DNA from: Candidatus Daviesbacteria bacterium
Lineage (GTDB): Bacteria; Patescibacteriota; Microgenomatia; Daviesbacterales; UBA10151
DNA: 64,000 bases
NCBI GenBank assembly: GCA_016198275.1
Contig: JACQIX010000038.1
Span: 2,340-66,339 of the forward strand
Direction of reading: 5' to 3'
Shown here: piece by piece, positions 53,549-62,868 of the stretch
How the letters are laid out: each line of letters begins with the position of its first letter
How positions within the stretch are numbered: position 1 is the stretch's first letter
Notes under the pieces: generated by a model
Databases searched by the model: none
What the model was told of the DNA's origin: nothing
The model's input: only the letters and a program-made list of their open reading frames with translations
Translations under genes and position numbers: made by a program

Positions 53549-55125
53549 ACGATATTACAGTTCTAACTTATGAGAGGGTTTCAACAGAAGATCAAACAGT
53601 CACTAAATCTTGTGATGACCAGAAAACTGTTAATGATAGGTTTATTGCTTCTCAAGGCTGGAAAGTGGCAGAAAACGGTGATTATAGGGATGAGGGTATA
53701 TCTGGTTCAACTATAGATAGACCAGGAGTACAAGACATACTAATAAGATGTGGTGAGGACAAAACCATTAAAGCTATCGTTGTAACTGAATCAGATAGAA
53801 TAGCCAGAGGTAATTTAGCATATTTATTCATCAGAGAGGCACTTAAAAAGTATGGAGTAAAGATTGTGGCTGTCACCCAACCAATGATTGATGATAGTGA
53901 TGAAGGTGAAATGATTGGTGAGATTATGGGTGCTGTTAATGGGTTCTTAGGAAAAATAACTAGGCGTAAATCTATGAGAGCCCTAGATGAGAAAGCAGCT
54001 AGAGGTTGGTGGCCTGGGAAAGCCCCCATAGGCTACAAAAACGTCAATATTGGTACAGAAGAGAAGCCTGATAGGATTATTGAAGTTGATGAAGATTTTG
54101 CTCCTTACGTTCGCCAAATTCCCTCTTGGTATAATCAGGGCTATTCCTACCAAGATATTGCTGACAAACTTCATGGACAAGGATTAATAGGAAAGTTAAA
54201 TGGGAAGGTATCTCCTGAAGAGGTTAGAAAGATTATTTTCAATGATTTTTATTTAGGGGAGTTTTTGTGGAGAGGTAAAAAATATAAGGCAAATCATCCC
54301 CCACTCTTGAGATACTTAGAAGTCCATAAAGCACGTAGTAGATCCAAAGAAAAAGGACATACTCATAGCACAAAAGAATTAAAAGACAAATTTCCTTATA
54401 AGAAACTAGATTTTTATTGCTTTGATTGCAAGGACTTAAGAATTACAGCAGAATCTAAAACTAAACACTACCCACGTACTAATAGAACTGTTGAATATAC
54501 CTTTTATCACTGTACTAAATCTAAAGGTGGGTGGTCTAAGTGCACTCAGCCTAGTATTAATAAGGAAGATCTCATTGTACAACTGGCACAAAAAGTAGTA
54601 CTTCCAATCGAGGTTGACGAAGAATTGGCTGAATTTATATTTGAAGAAATGAACAATCAATATACTCATAATAAGGAGGAACAGGCGCAATTCTCACATT
54701 CGATTAATAGACGTTTGGGACAAATAGATATAGAGCTTCAAAATCTTATGGAAATGCGTATAGCAGGTAAAATCCTGCCAATTGGCAATAAAACCCCTGA
54801 TGAAGTTTATGAAGAATATGTAGGCAAAAAGGAATTTGAAAGAAAAAACTTATTATCTACTAAGTTAAAACTGGAAAATAATAGTCTTGAATGGCGTAAA
54901 AAAGCTTCGAACTTCCTTACGGATTGTCAGGATGCCACAAACAAATTTCTAAAAGCTGAGGATGAGAAAAAAGTTAAATTTTTAAGGCGTATAACTTCGA
55001 ACCTATTTTTAAACAACAAAGAGCTTGTTGTGACGCACCAATTTCCCTTTAGCTACCTCCTAAAAGAAGGCAGCCATCCTTCTGTGCTCCCCCGCGTGGA
55101 TTCGAACCACGAACCTCGATCTTAA
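53545..55125 (+). CDS. Large serine recombinase
   Basis: The N-terminal resolvase domain reads LTYERVSTEDQ with the catalytic Ser. A recombinase domain, a Cys-rich zinc ribbon (CFDC..CTKSKGGWSKC) and a coiled coil follow. The last 13 codons are read off the antisense of tRNA-Asn. Confidence 0.85.
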   Translation: MNDITVLTYERVSTEDQTVTKSCDDQKTVNDRFIASQGWKVAENGDYRDEGISGSTIDRPGVQDILIRCGEDKTIKAIVVTESDRIARGNLAYLFIREALKKYGVKIVAVTQPMIDDSDEGEMIGEIMGAVNGFLGKITRRKSMRALDEKAARGWWPGKAPIGYKNVNIGTEEKPDRIIEVDEDFAPYVRQIPSWYNQGYSYQDIADKLHGQGLIGKLNGKVSPEEVRKIIFNDFYLGEFLWRGKKYKANHPPLLRYLEVHKARSRSKEKGHTHSTKELKDKFPYKKLDFYCFDCKDLRITAESKTKHYPRTNRTVEYTFYHCTKSKGGWSKCTQPSINKEDLIVQLAQKVVLPIEVDEELAEFIFEEMNNQYTHNKEEQAQFSHSINRRLGQIDIELQNLMEMRIAGKILPIGNKTPDEVYEEYVGKKEFERKNLLSTKLKLENNSLEWRKKASNFLTDCQDATNKFLKAEDEKKVKFLRRITSNLFLNNKELVVTHQFPFSYLLKEGSHPSVLPRVDSNHEPRS

Positions 55126-55158
55126 CAGGATCTCGCTCTACCGTTGAGCTACAGGGGA
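55087..55158 (-). tRNA. tRNA-Asn, anticodon GUU
   Basis: TCCCCTG-TA-GCTC-AACGGTA-GAGC-G-AGATC-CTGTTAA-GATCG-AGGTT-CGTGG-TTCGAAT-CCACG-CGGGGGA-G. Confidence 0.85.
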
Positions 55159-55404
55159 ATGTATTAAGTTTTTAATGAACTGACGACCTCGATAACTTTT
55201 TAACTGCCTCTCTCTTATTAGAGCTGCTTGCCTAGTTTCGCACTCTTCTTTGTAAAGAAATACCCACTCTCCATCAAACTTAGCAGTATAACTATTCCTA
55301 AATTCCTTATCGTTGTGCAATTTAATCCTCTGATCCAAATTATCAGTTTGACCTATGTAGATTTTACAATGCTTCTTGTTATAAATACTATAAACATAAA
55401 ACAT
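55138..55404 (-). CDS. GIY-YIG nuclease family protein
   Basis: MFYVYSIYNKKHCKIYIGQTDNLDQRIKLHN is the N-terminal signature. The start is Met19 of the tracked ORF. Its last codons overlap the 5' end of tRNA-Asn. Confidence 0.8.
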   Translation of the reverse strand: MFYVYSIYNKKHCKIYIGQTDNLDQRIKLHNDKEFRNSYTAKFDGEWVFLYKEECETRQAALIRERQLKSYRGRQFIKNLIHSPVAQR

Positions 55405-55413
55405 ATTTAATCC

Positions 55414-55454
55414 CGCTCTACCTCCGCCAGCTGGCGGAGAGCTACAGGGGAATA
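55414..55454 (-). repeat. Degenerate duplicate of the 5' part of tRNA-Asn with a 16-nt palindrome replacing part of the D-loop
   Basis: The minus strand reads TCCCCTGTAGCTC-TCCGCCAGCTGGCGGA-GGTAGAGCGGGA. The functional tRNA reads TCCCCTGTAGCTC-AAC-GGTAGAGCGAGA. Confidence 0.75.
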
Positions 55455-55528
55455 TCAATGTACGAGTGATATTCTATCATCCAATAATGCCTAAATCCAC
55501 CCTAATCTTCTCTGTTATAATCCAACTA

Positions 55529-56368
55529 ATGTCTGTTAAAAAAATAGCTCTTTTGATTCTTGGAATTCTGGTAATCCTTATTTCAATCTATTCCTATAAA
55601 CTTTTAAACAAAAATAAACCTCTTGATTACACCCTGGTGTTTGTTGGAGATTCTATGACAGAATATTTGGGTAATTTTGATGAATTAAGAAATTATTTAA
55701 AAAAATATTACCCTAATAAAAATTATACGCTTTTAAATTATGGCTTTAGTTCAACTAATATTTTATCTGTCCCGGATAGAATGGAAAAACTAACTGACCG
55801 TGCAGGAAGAGGTTTTCGACCGATCAATGATATAACCTTTGACTTAATATTTATTGAATCTTTTGGCTACAACCCTTTATCACAATTTTCTCTGGCAGAC
55901 GGATTAAAAAAGCAAAAAGAAACTTTAGATCAGATTATCAATATCATTATTCAAAAACACCCTAAAGCCAGTATTGTTTTTATAGCAACTATTGCTCCTA
56001 ATAAAGAAGTATTCGGAGGAGGAGTATTAAATCTGCTGCCTGATCAAAAAAAGCAGTGGGTTAGCGAAAGAATTGCCTATATTAAAAACCATATTGAATA
56101 TGCCAAATCTCACAATATTCCCCTGATAAATATTTATCAAAATAGTTTAAACGAAAAGGGTGACGGGAACATTGATTATATAAATAGTACTGATTTTATC
56201 CACCCCTCCCCTACTGGAATTTACTTTATCAGCAAACAGATAGCAGATTTTATTTTGTGCGAGAATACTCCGCCTTTGGCGGGGGATAAACGCACGAAAG
56301 AACTTGTCCCGCCTTTTGCGGGATACCCCACTGCTTGCAGTGGGGAGGGGTTCATTTATTCCAGATAG
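55529..56368 (+). CDS. SGNH/GDSL-family hydrolase with an N-terminal anchor
   Basis: [11 protein letters not shown] is block I (GDS). The C-terminal DFIHPS resembles the block V DxxH. The last ~30 codons run through GC-rich hairpin repeats. The start at 55529 is preferred. Confidence 0.65.
   Translation: MSVKKIALLILGILVILISIYSYKLLNKNKPLDYTLVFVGDSMTEYLGNFDELRNYLKKYYPNKNYTLLNYGFSSTNILSVPDRMEKLTDRAGRGFRPINDITFDLIFIESFGYNPLSQFSLADGLKKQKETLDQIINIIIQKHPKASIVFIATIAPNKEVFGGGVLNLLPDQKKQWVSERIAYIKNHIEYAKSHNIPLINIYQNSLNEKGDGNIDYINSTDFIHPSPTGIYFISKQIADFILCENTPPLAGDKRTKELVPPFAGYPTACSGEGFIYSR
56269..56345. repeat. Three GC-rich hairpins between convergent genes (probable terminators / dispersed repeat copies)
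   Basis: The hairpins are tccgcc-ttt-ggcggg, cccgc-ctttt-gcggg and ccccactgc-tt-gcagtgggg. Confidence 0.6.
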
Positions 56369-57447
56369 TCCCTTAGTTTCTTGGCCCTGGTTGGGTGTTT
56401 TAGCTTTCTGATGGCTTTGGCTTCAATTTGCCTGATTCGCTCGCGTGTGACCCCAAACTCTTTGCCTACTTCCTCCAATGTCCTTTGTTTTCCATCTTCC
56501 AACCCAAACCTAAGTTGTAACACTCTTTTTTCCCTGGGAGATAACGAGTCTAAAACTTCATCCAAATGAATTTTTAAAAGTTCCCTGGTGGCTTGTTCAT
56601 CCGGCTGCAAGCCCTGATCAGCAATAAAATCCCCCAAATGTGAATCTTCCTCGTCCCCCACCGGAGTTTCCAAGGAGGTGGGCTCTTGTGAAACTTTTAT
56701 AATTTCTCTGGCTTTGCTTTCGTCAATACCAGAAGCCCTAGCTACTTCCTCAGGTAAAGGTTCCCTGCCCAACTCTTGCATTAGCCTACGTTGAGTTCGG
56801 TTAAAACGGTTGATGGTTTCCACCATATGAACCGGAATTCTGATGGTTCTGGCCTGATCCGCAATTGCCCGGGTGATAGCCTGACGGATCCACCAAGTGG
56901 CATAAGTGGAAAATTTGTAGCCTCTTCTCCAGTCATATTTATCAACCGCCCTCATCAGCCCAATATTCCCTTCCTCTATTAAATCCAGCAAGCTCATCCC
57001 CCTACCAACATATTTTTTAGCAATGGAAACAACCAATCTTAAATTAGCTGAAATTAACTTATCGCGGGCAATTTTGACATTTTTCTCTGCTTTTTTGGCC
57101 AGTTCAATCTCATCAGCAGCTGTTAAAAGCGGAATTTTACCAATATCCCGAAGATACTGCCTGACAGGATCTGTCACAGACCCTTCTTCCAAGGTAGATA
57201 AAACCTCCAGTTCCTTTTCCAACTCGGTGGCACTTTTGTTATCAGCTTCTAATTCTTCTGCTGTTGTTTCAAAAACATCAATATTATCCTTGATTAGCTT
57301 AATATAAAAAAGGTCTAGCTGTTCAATTGTTTCCTCTGGTTTTGGGAAAACTTGCAAAATCTCTTCCTGAGTAATAAAACCCCTCTCTTTACCGAGTTTA
57401 AGCAACTTTTTAATATCTAATGGTGTTTCTTTATTTTTTTTAGCCAT
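56356..57447 (-). CDS. rpoD: RNA polymerase sigma factor RpoD (sigma-70)
   Basis: Region 2 reads [27 protein letters not shown]. Region 4 reads [27 protein letters not shown]. Confidence 0.9.
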   Translation of the reverse strand: MAKKNKETPLDIKKLLKLGKERGFITQEEILQVFPKPEETIEQLDLFYIKLIKDNIDVFETTAEELEADNKSATELEKELEVLSTLEEGSVTDPVRQYLRDIGKIPLLTAADEIELAKKAEKNVKIARDKLISANLRLVVSIAKKYVGRGMSLLDLIEEGNIGLMRAVDKYDWRRGYKFSTYATWWIRQAITRAIADQARTIRIPVHMVETINRFNRTQRRLMQELGREPLPEEVARASGIDESKAREIIKVSQEPTSLETPVGDEEDSHLGDFIADQGLQPDEQATRELLKIHLDEVLDSLSPREKRVLQLRFGLEDGKQRTLEEVGKEFGVTRERIRQIEAKAIRKLKHPTRAKKLRDYLE

Positions 57448-59222
57448 TATAAATTCTTCAGTTTCACTGACAAATCTCTAAATCTTTTGTTTAACCCTTC
57501 CAATATTTCCATTTTACCAAATTCTTGGGCATTCTTAATCTCCAAAGATAATTTTTCCAAAGATGCTTTGATTAAAGCTTTTTTCAATTCAGCAACTACT
57601 CCCATTACTTCCTTTTGCCAATTTTTTTGTTCACTAAGTTTACTGTCAAGCTCAGTTAAATATAACCTGTCTACATCCAAAAGTAATTCTTTAGGCAAGT
57701 CGGCGCTAAATTCATTAATATTAAAAGCTCTGCTTTTAAAAGAGATCGAATCTAAATAAAGTACCAAATAAACAAACAGTTGCCGCCATTTTTCTTCAAA
57801 AAATAGAGTTTCAGGAAAAGGAGGAACAAAAATTGAATCCTTTGGAGATTGTAGTAATAGTGCCATTAAATACTCCTCTAAAAGTTGTCGCCGGGACTTA
57901 AGGGCAACAATATTATCTGCCCCTGTTTTTTGTCTGAAAACTTGAGCATAACTCTTTTGGCTATTTTTTTGCTCTTTGATGATAGCCTCTCTTAAAATCC
58001 CCTCTTCGGTTTTCAAAAATGCTGCCAGCTTTTGTACATACCTTTCTCTAACTAAATTATCAGTTATTTTTGCCCAAATAGGTATTAACTCCGCTCCAAT
58101 TTTTTTTAAATCAGCAGCTTTTTTAATATCAAAACGTGAAGCTGTAGATGCTAAATAATAATCATAAATTGGGATAGAGCCTTCAATTGCCCTCTGCCAA
58201 AGCTTGGGATTTTCCCCAACTGCTTCAGCTGTATCTTTTCCACCCTCGATTTGGATAACCTCAATGTTGAAACCAAACTGGTCCGCCATTTCAATTCCTC
58301 TTCTGGAAGCGCTGTCTCCTGCCAAATCCATATCAAAACAAAGCTTTAGATTTTCCGTATATTTTTTTAAAAGTTCTATTTGGCCTGAAGTTAATCCAGT
58401 ACCTTTGGTGGCAACCACATTTTTAACTCCTGCTTGGTGAGATAGTATCACATCCATTTCTCCTTCCACCAGAATAACTTCTTTTTTCTGTCTGATTTCA
58501 GTTTTGGCCAAATTAATTCCATATAAAAAATTCCCTTTATCAAAAATCGGCGTTTGAGGGGTGTTAATATATTTTGGTTCACTGGCATATAAAACCCGGC
58601 CGGAAAAACCCCTTAGTTTATCTTTTCCGTCAATTAAAGGGAAAATAATTCTCCCCCTGAAACGGTCATATGCTCCCTCTCTTGCAGGCACCCCTAAACC
58701 GGAGGTGATAATTTCAGAAATAGTAAATCCTCTTTTAAGTAAAAATTTAGTCAAAGATTCCCAGGAATTAGGGGCATACCCTAAACCAAACTCTTCTAAA
58801 GAAAAATCGCTGATGCCTCTTTGTCGCAGATACGTATAAGCTGTTTTGCCTAAAGGGTATTTGGTTAAAATATAGTGGAAAAATTCTTGAGCTTTTAAAT
58901 TAATTTCAAATAGTCTGTCTTTAAAATCTTTTTTATCAGGCATTTTTTTCAAAGACACTCCTGCTTTTTTAGCTAATATTTCCAGCGCTTCCTTAAATTC
59001 CATTCCTTCTTTTTCCATTAAAAAGGTAAAATGGTCCCCGCCCTTCTGGCAGCCAAAACAATGCCAGATTTGACGTTCAGGTGAGACTACAAATGAGGGG
59101 GTTTTTTCATTATGAAAAGGACAATTGGCTTTAAAATTTATACCGGACTTTTTCAAAGTGAGATATTCGCTTATTAAATCAACAATATTAATTTTCTCTT
59201 TAATTAAGTCTGTATCATCCAT
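57447..59222 (-). CDS. dnaG: DNA primase
   Basis: The CHC2 zinc finger reads [25 protein letters not shown]. The TOPRIM region reads [10 protein letters not shown]. Confidence 0.9.
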   Translation of the reverse strand: MDDTDLIKEKINIVDLISEYLTLKKSGINFKANCPFHNEKTPSFVVSPERQIWHCFGCQKGGDHFTFLMEKEGMEFKEALEILAKKAGVSLKKMPDKKDFKDRLFEINLKAQEFFHYILTKYPLGKTAYTYLRQRGISDFSLEEFGLGYAPNSWESLTKFLLKRGFTISEIITSGLGVPAREGAYDRFRGRIIFPLIDGKDKLRGFSGRVLYASEPKYINTPQTPIFDKGNFLYGINLAKTEIRQKKEVILVEGEMDVILSHQAGVKNVVATKGTGLTSGQIELLKKYTENLKLCFDMDLAGDSASRRGIEMADQFGFNIEVIQIEGGKDTAEAVGENPKLWQRAIEGSIPIYDYYLASTASRFDIKKAADLKKIGAELIPIWAKITDNLVRERYVQKLAAFLKTEEGILREAIIKEQKNSQKSYAQVFRQKTGADNIVALKSRRQLLEEYLMALLLQSPKDSIFVPPFPETLFFEEKWRQLFVYLVLYLDSISFKSRAFNINEFSADLPKELLLDVDRLYLTELDSKLSEQKNWQKEVMGVVAELKKALIKASLEKLSLEIKNAQEFGKMEILEGLNKRFRDLSVKLKNL

Positions 59223-59361
59223 AATAGCAGTAATTCATCCAGTCGTCCCAAACTCAATGTTAACAACTAGAGATTACTGCGCAAATAATACACCAAAGAA
59301 GTCCCGAAAACAATCTTTGGATAATCGTTTGGAATAACTATTTTGATATAATGTGGCCACA

Positions 59362-59451
59362 GGAGAGGTCGCATAGTGGCCTAGTGCGGTTGCTTGGAGA
59401 GCAGCTATACCCGCAAGGGTATCGTGGGTTCAAATCCCACCCTCTCCGCCA
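59362..59451 (+). tRNA. tRNA-Ser, anticodon GGA, CCA encoded
   Basis: GGAGAGG..GTTGC-TTGGAGA-GCAGC, then a long variable arm (CTATACCCGCAAGGGTATC), then GTGGG-TTCAAAT-CCCAC-CCTCTCC-G-CCA. Confidence 0.85.
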
Positions 59452-59456
59452 GTTAG

Positions 59457-59537
59457 GAAATATCTTTATTGGCTCGCCAAATGATTGCAAAAATTGCTAA
59501 AGAGTTAGGCGTACAAATGGAAGATTTGCTAAAATAA
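59457..59537 (+). pseudogene. XRE-family HTH gene remnant (C-terminal helix only) immediately 3' of tRNA-Ser
   Basis: The frame opens after a TAG just 2 nt past the tRNA. It reads EISLLARQMIAKIAKELGVQMEDLLK-stop. Confidence 0.4.
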
Positions 59538-59541
59538 AATT

Positions 59542-60570
59542 ATGAATATTAAAATATTCAAAGGTGATTTTTTTGAAGTCGGCCAACAGCAGGGTAAGAT
59601 TTATAAAGCAAACGGAATGAATTTTGACAAAGTTAAAATTGATCCGGTTCTTTATAAAAATCAGCTTCAAGTTTATGAGGAACACTACCCCAAATTACTG
59701 AAAGAATTTAGGGGAATAGCTAAGGGCGGAAATTTTGATGAAGAAAAGCTGATTTATATTTTTATTACCAGCGAGATTTTTTATTACAGAAACAGATTTG
59801 GATTAGATAAAGCATGCACAATTTTTGGTTATAAAGTCAAAAATAATCTTTTTGTGGGCAGAAATTACGATTGGCTTCCAGAAACTGACAAAATATTTGA
59901 AGTTTATAAAGTTGTTAATCCCGAAAGAAATTCTTTTCTAGCTGTAACAGATATGGGAATTGATAATCCTGCCACGGCAAAGATTAGATATTTCTTTTAC
60001 AATGCAGACGATGCCATAAACGATAAAGGATTATTTATCGGGCTTACTTTCGCTTACGCGGATCAATGGTCGTACGGTGTTTCTTGTATTCATATGACGA
60101 AAATTATTGCGGAAACATGCGAGACGGTAAAAGAGGCGATAAAAGTTTTTGAAAAGGTTCCGCTTTGTTTCCCGAAAAATTTCTTTATCGCTGATAAAAA
60201 CGGAGATATGGTGATAGTTGAACATACTTCAAAAAAGTTCAAAGTTGTTTATCCGAAAGATAATATTCTGATTCAAACCAACCATTACGTTGATAATGAA
60301 TTGACAAAAGAAGACACTGTCTTAAAAAGAGTTCCTTTCCATAACACTTTTATTAGGTATTATGAAACCTTGCAAAAGATAAATCTTGAAAGAGATAAAT
60401 TTAAACTAGACAGTGCTATTAAAATTTTGGGTAAACCTGGTAGTTATACTTGCCAAAATTTTCCCGGTATTAAAACTATTTGGACATTGGCGCTTGACAT
60501 GACAAACAAAAAATACAAAATATATTGGGACATTTCTGGAAAAAGAAAAACGGAAGAATTGGTAATTTGA
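59542..60570 (+). CDS. Ntn-hydrolase-like protein (C45 peptidase / acyl-CoA:6-APA acyltransferase-like)
   Basis: A candidate nucleophile Cys sits in LDKACTIFGYK, and RNYDW follows. The call is from recalled family patterns. Confidence 0.5.
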   Translation: MNIKIFKGDFFEVGQQQGKIYKANGMNFDKVKIDPVLYKNQLQVYEEHYPKLLKEFRGIAKGGNFDEEKLIYIFITSEIFYYRNRFGLDKACTIFGYKVKNNLFVGRNYDWLPETDKIFEVYKVVNPERNSFLAVTDMGIDNPATAKIRYFFYNADDAINDKGLFIGLTFAYADQWSYGVSCIHMTKIIAETCETVKEAIKVFEKVPLCFPKNFFIADKNGDMVIVEHTSKKFKVVYPKDNILIQTNHYVDNELTKEDTVLKRVPFHNTFIRYYETLQKINLERDKFKLDSAIKILGKPGSYTCQNFPGIKTIWTLALDMTNKKYKIYWDISGKRKTEELVI

Positions 60571-60753
60571 AAAGAATTTGCCGCCGAACCGAAGCATTGC
60601 TTCGGAGTTCCACCAGATCTCCTTCTACAGGAACCGGGGGAAATACAGGCAACCCTACTGCAACCAGCTTGTCAATCCCCACTTATTCCTGTAACTTTAG
60701 CCATTGCCCTATTAATGCCAAAACTTTGCAGATATGTGAGCTGCAATGCACCC

Positions 60754-61317
60754 CTAATCAGTTACTTTTACTAACAGCAGATATTCCTTATTCCCTGCTC
60801 CACCTAAGATTGGAGACTCCATTTGAACTAAAATCTTAAATTCTAAATTTTCAATCTTTCTGACTACTGCATTTTTTACCTGCTCTACTAATTCAGGCTT
60901 TAGTACCCCTTTAATTAAATCCTTTTTATCTGTTTCATAATGCGGTTTTAATAAAGCAATAATCTGCCCATTAGTTTTTAAAAACTTTTTAACAACAGGC
61001 AAAATTATTTCTAGCCTAGTCCATCCAGCATCAATGGTAATTAAATCCAACTGTTGGGGCAAGTTTTCCAAATAAAGGATATTAGTCCGCTCCATTACCA
61101 CTACTCTGGGATCATTTCTGAGTTTCCAGGCTAACTCTCCATAGGAAACATCCAAAGCATAAACTTTTGCTGCCCCATTTTGCAGCAAACAATCTACAAA
61201 TCCCCCTGTTGAAGAACCAACATCTAATACAACTTGATTCTTAATATCTACTAAGAATTTCTCAATGGCTGCCTGAAGCTTATCCCCGCCCCGGGAAACA
61301 AAGCGTTTACTTGTCAT
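60754..61317 (-). CDS. tlyA: TlyA-family rRNA 2'-O-methyltransferase (no S4 domain)
   Basis: FVSRGGDKLQAAIEKF is followed by the SAM motif VLDVGSSTGGFVDCLLQNGAAKVYALDV. Confidence 0.8.
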   Translation of the reverse strand: MTSKRFVSRGGDKLQAAIEKFLVDIKNQVVLDVGSSTGGFVDCLLQNGAAKVYALDVSYGELAWKLRNDPRVVVMERTNILYLENLPQQLDLITIDAGWTRLEIILPVVKKFLKTNGQIIALLKPHYETDKKDLIKGVLKPELVEQVKNAVVRKIENLEFKILVQMESPILGGAGNKEYLLLVKVTD

Positions 61318-61711
61318 ATAATTCTAGGGCTTTTTTAAATAATGTTTTGTCTTGGGGAAAAGTCAGCTGTTTTAATGCCTTGTCTGGCTCATACCAATCA
61401 GCTTCTTCCACTTCCCAATCATGGTCCTTTGGATCACCCGAAACAAATTTCATTAAAAAGTAAGTGACTACCTTAAAAACTTTCTCTCCTTCGTGGACAT
61501 AAACATACTTTGAATAACCCACTTTATCGATAATTTCAGCTGCTACTCCACCTTCTTCTTTTACTTCCCTGACAGCTGCCTGCTTTGATGTTTGCCCGGG
61601 ATCAATTAAACCTTTGGGGAAACTCCAGTGTTTATTTTGAGAGTGCTTAGTCAAAAGCACTTGTCCTTGTTGATTAAAAACAATTCCACCAGCAGAAAAT
61701 TCCCTTTTCAT
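61307..61711 (-). CDS. NUDIX hydrolase
   Basis: The Nudix box reads PKGLIDPGQTSKQAAVREVKEEGGV. Confidence 0.8.
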   Translation of the reverse strand: MKREFSAGGIVFNQQGQVLLTKHSQNKHWSFPKGLIDPGQTSKQAAVREVKEEGGVAAEIIDKVGYSKYVYVHEGEKVFKVVTYFLMKFVSGDPKDHDWEVEEADWYEPDKALKQLTFPQDKTLFKKALELYDK

Positions 61712-61723
61712 AATATTTTAAAG

Positions 61724-61811
61724 CGGAGGCGGTAGGATTTGAACCTACGTGAATCTTTCGACTCCCAGGGTTTTCGAAACCCGGCTGATAAACCACTCCA
61801 AGCACGCCTCC
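61724..61811 (-). tRNA. tRNA-Ser, anticodon CGA
   Basis: GGAGGCG..anticodon loop TTCGAAA in the stem CGGGT/ACCCT, then a long variable arm and T arm GTAGG-TTCAAAT-CCTAC-CGCCTCC-G. Confidence 0.8.
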
Positions 61812-61812
61812 T

Positions 61813-61888
61813 TGGCGTCCCCGGAGGGAATTGAACCCCCAACCACATGGACCGCAACCATGCGTTCTATCCGTTGAACTACGGGGAC
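61813..61888 (-). tRNA. tRNA-Arg, anticodon GCG, CCA encoded
   Basis: GTCCCCG-TA-GTTC-AACGGATA-GAAC-G-CATGG-TTGCGGT-CCATG-TGGTT-GGGGG-TTCAATT-CCCTC-CGGGGAC-G-CCA. It is 1 nt from tRNA-Ser(CGA). Confidence 0.8.
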
Positions 61889-61962
61889 AATATAGGTATT
61901 TTAACATTGTTTGATTGCCAAGGGATATACCATATGGTATATCCCTTGCAATGACGAGGAAA

Positions 61963-62553
61963 CTATCTATGAATATTTTCCAGCGGAAAATGTTTTTGTA
62001 GCGATTCTGACCATTTTTCCATCCAGGTTTTATAAGGCACCTCAACAAATGGTAAAAACCTGGATATAATTTTCTTGACTTTTTCTTCATTTACTGCTGA
62101 ACCTAAAACCAACATCAATTGGGCCGGAAATCTGAGTCTAGTTTGGATGTGTAACACTTTTGAGTCTTCTTTTTCCTTAAACCAGAATGAGTCTAAAAAA
62201 TGCCAAAAGTAAAAATCTTCCCCAATGGTGATGCCTTGGGTAGAAATTCTATATCTGACATTATGCGGGGGTACAAAAGCCAAAACGTATGCCACAAAAG
62301 TTAAAGCCAAAATTGCTCCTATCAGCAAAAATTGCTGAAAAAGAAAAGCAATCAGGCTTAAAAGAACCACCAAAATAGCTGTAGTGGTATAGTAGGACCT
62401 GTCTTTTTTTCTAAAAGGATGGGATGGAGCTTGCCAGAAAAGCAAGGTTTTCACTTCCATTGCTTCCATCATTTTGGGGGTTAAAAATTCATCTTCTACA
62501 GTTTGTTTAGGCTGGTTCTTTTTAGGTGGATTTTGTTTAGTATTTTTATCCAT
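61963..62553 (-). CDS. Membrane protein, hypothetical
   Basis: The ORF encodes 196 aa with two central TM segments. Confidence 0.55.
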   Translation of the reverse strand: MDKNTKQNPPKKNQPKQTVEDEFLTPKMMEAMEVKTLLFWQAPSHPFRKKDRSYYTTTAILVVLLSLIAFLFQQFLLIGAILALTFVAYVLAFVPPHNVRYRISTQGITIGEDFYFWHFLDSFWFKEKEDSKVLHIQTRLRFPAQLMLVLGSAVNEEKVKKIISRFLPFVEVPYKTWMEKWSESLQKHFPLENIHR

Positions 62554-62826
62554 TTGACTTTAGTTTAACTATAATAAGTTAATATGTAAAGAAGCGGTGC
62601 CTAGTTGACTACGTTGGAACCTACTTTAAGGAACAAATAGACAAAGGTTTAATTCTTCCACAGTTTCAACTAACACCAATTCTTACCAGGTAATTATATC
62701 TCATTTCTTACAAAACCCAAACGTCTAACTACCCCATACCACCCAAGCAAGGGCAATCGCCTTTTGCATGTTAACCCCTCAAGTATCCGCAATATAAAAA
62801 TAACTTTCGTACTCGCGGTAGTTCTG

Positions 62827-62855
62827 TTGACTTTACTATTAAAATAGCCTATAAT
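62827..62855 (+). promoter_or_regulatory. Near-consensus sigma70 promoter TTGACT-17 nt-TATAAT
   Basis: ttgact ttactattaaaatagcc tataat. The ATG of the downstream ORF is only 13 nt past the -10 hexamer. Confidence 0.6.
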
Positions 62856-62868
62856 TTGCGGATTAACT

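Larger units (their letters stand above)
50556..55125. mobile_element. Phage/integrative-element-like module (terminase small subunit-like, XRE, replication-like, excisionase-like, large serine recombinase) ending at tRNA-Asn
   Basis: The call rests on gene content and on the recombinase gene abutting and overlapping the tRNA-Asn 3' end. The left boundary is not defined by any repeat I could find. Confidence 0.55.

Noticed and set aside
55087-55158. Direct repeat of the tRNA-Asn 3' half elsewhere in the window as the second att site of the island
   Set aside because: I scanned the candidate junctions (about 35.5, 37.9, 40.4-40.8, 44.7 and 50.5 kb) by eye and found no copy of gtggattcgaaccacgaacc. 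This is consistent with serine-recombinase chemistry, so no second att site is claimed.
61674-62090. Tracked 138-aa minus-strand ORF
   Set aside because: It is read across tRNA-Ser(CGA) and tRNA-Arg(GCG). Its sequence (..CPRSSTDRTHGCGPCGWGFNSLRG..) is a translation of the tRNA genes, so the ORF is spurious.
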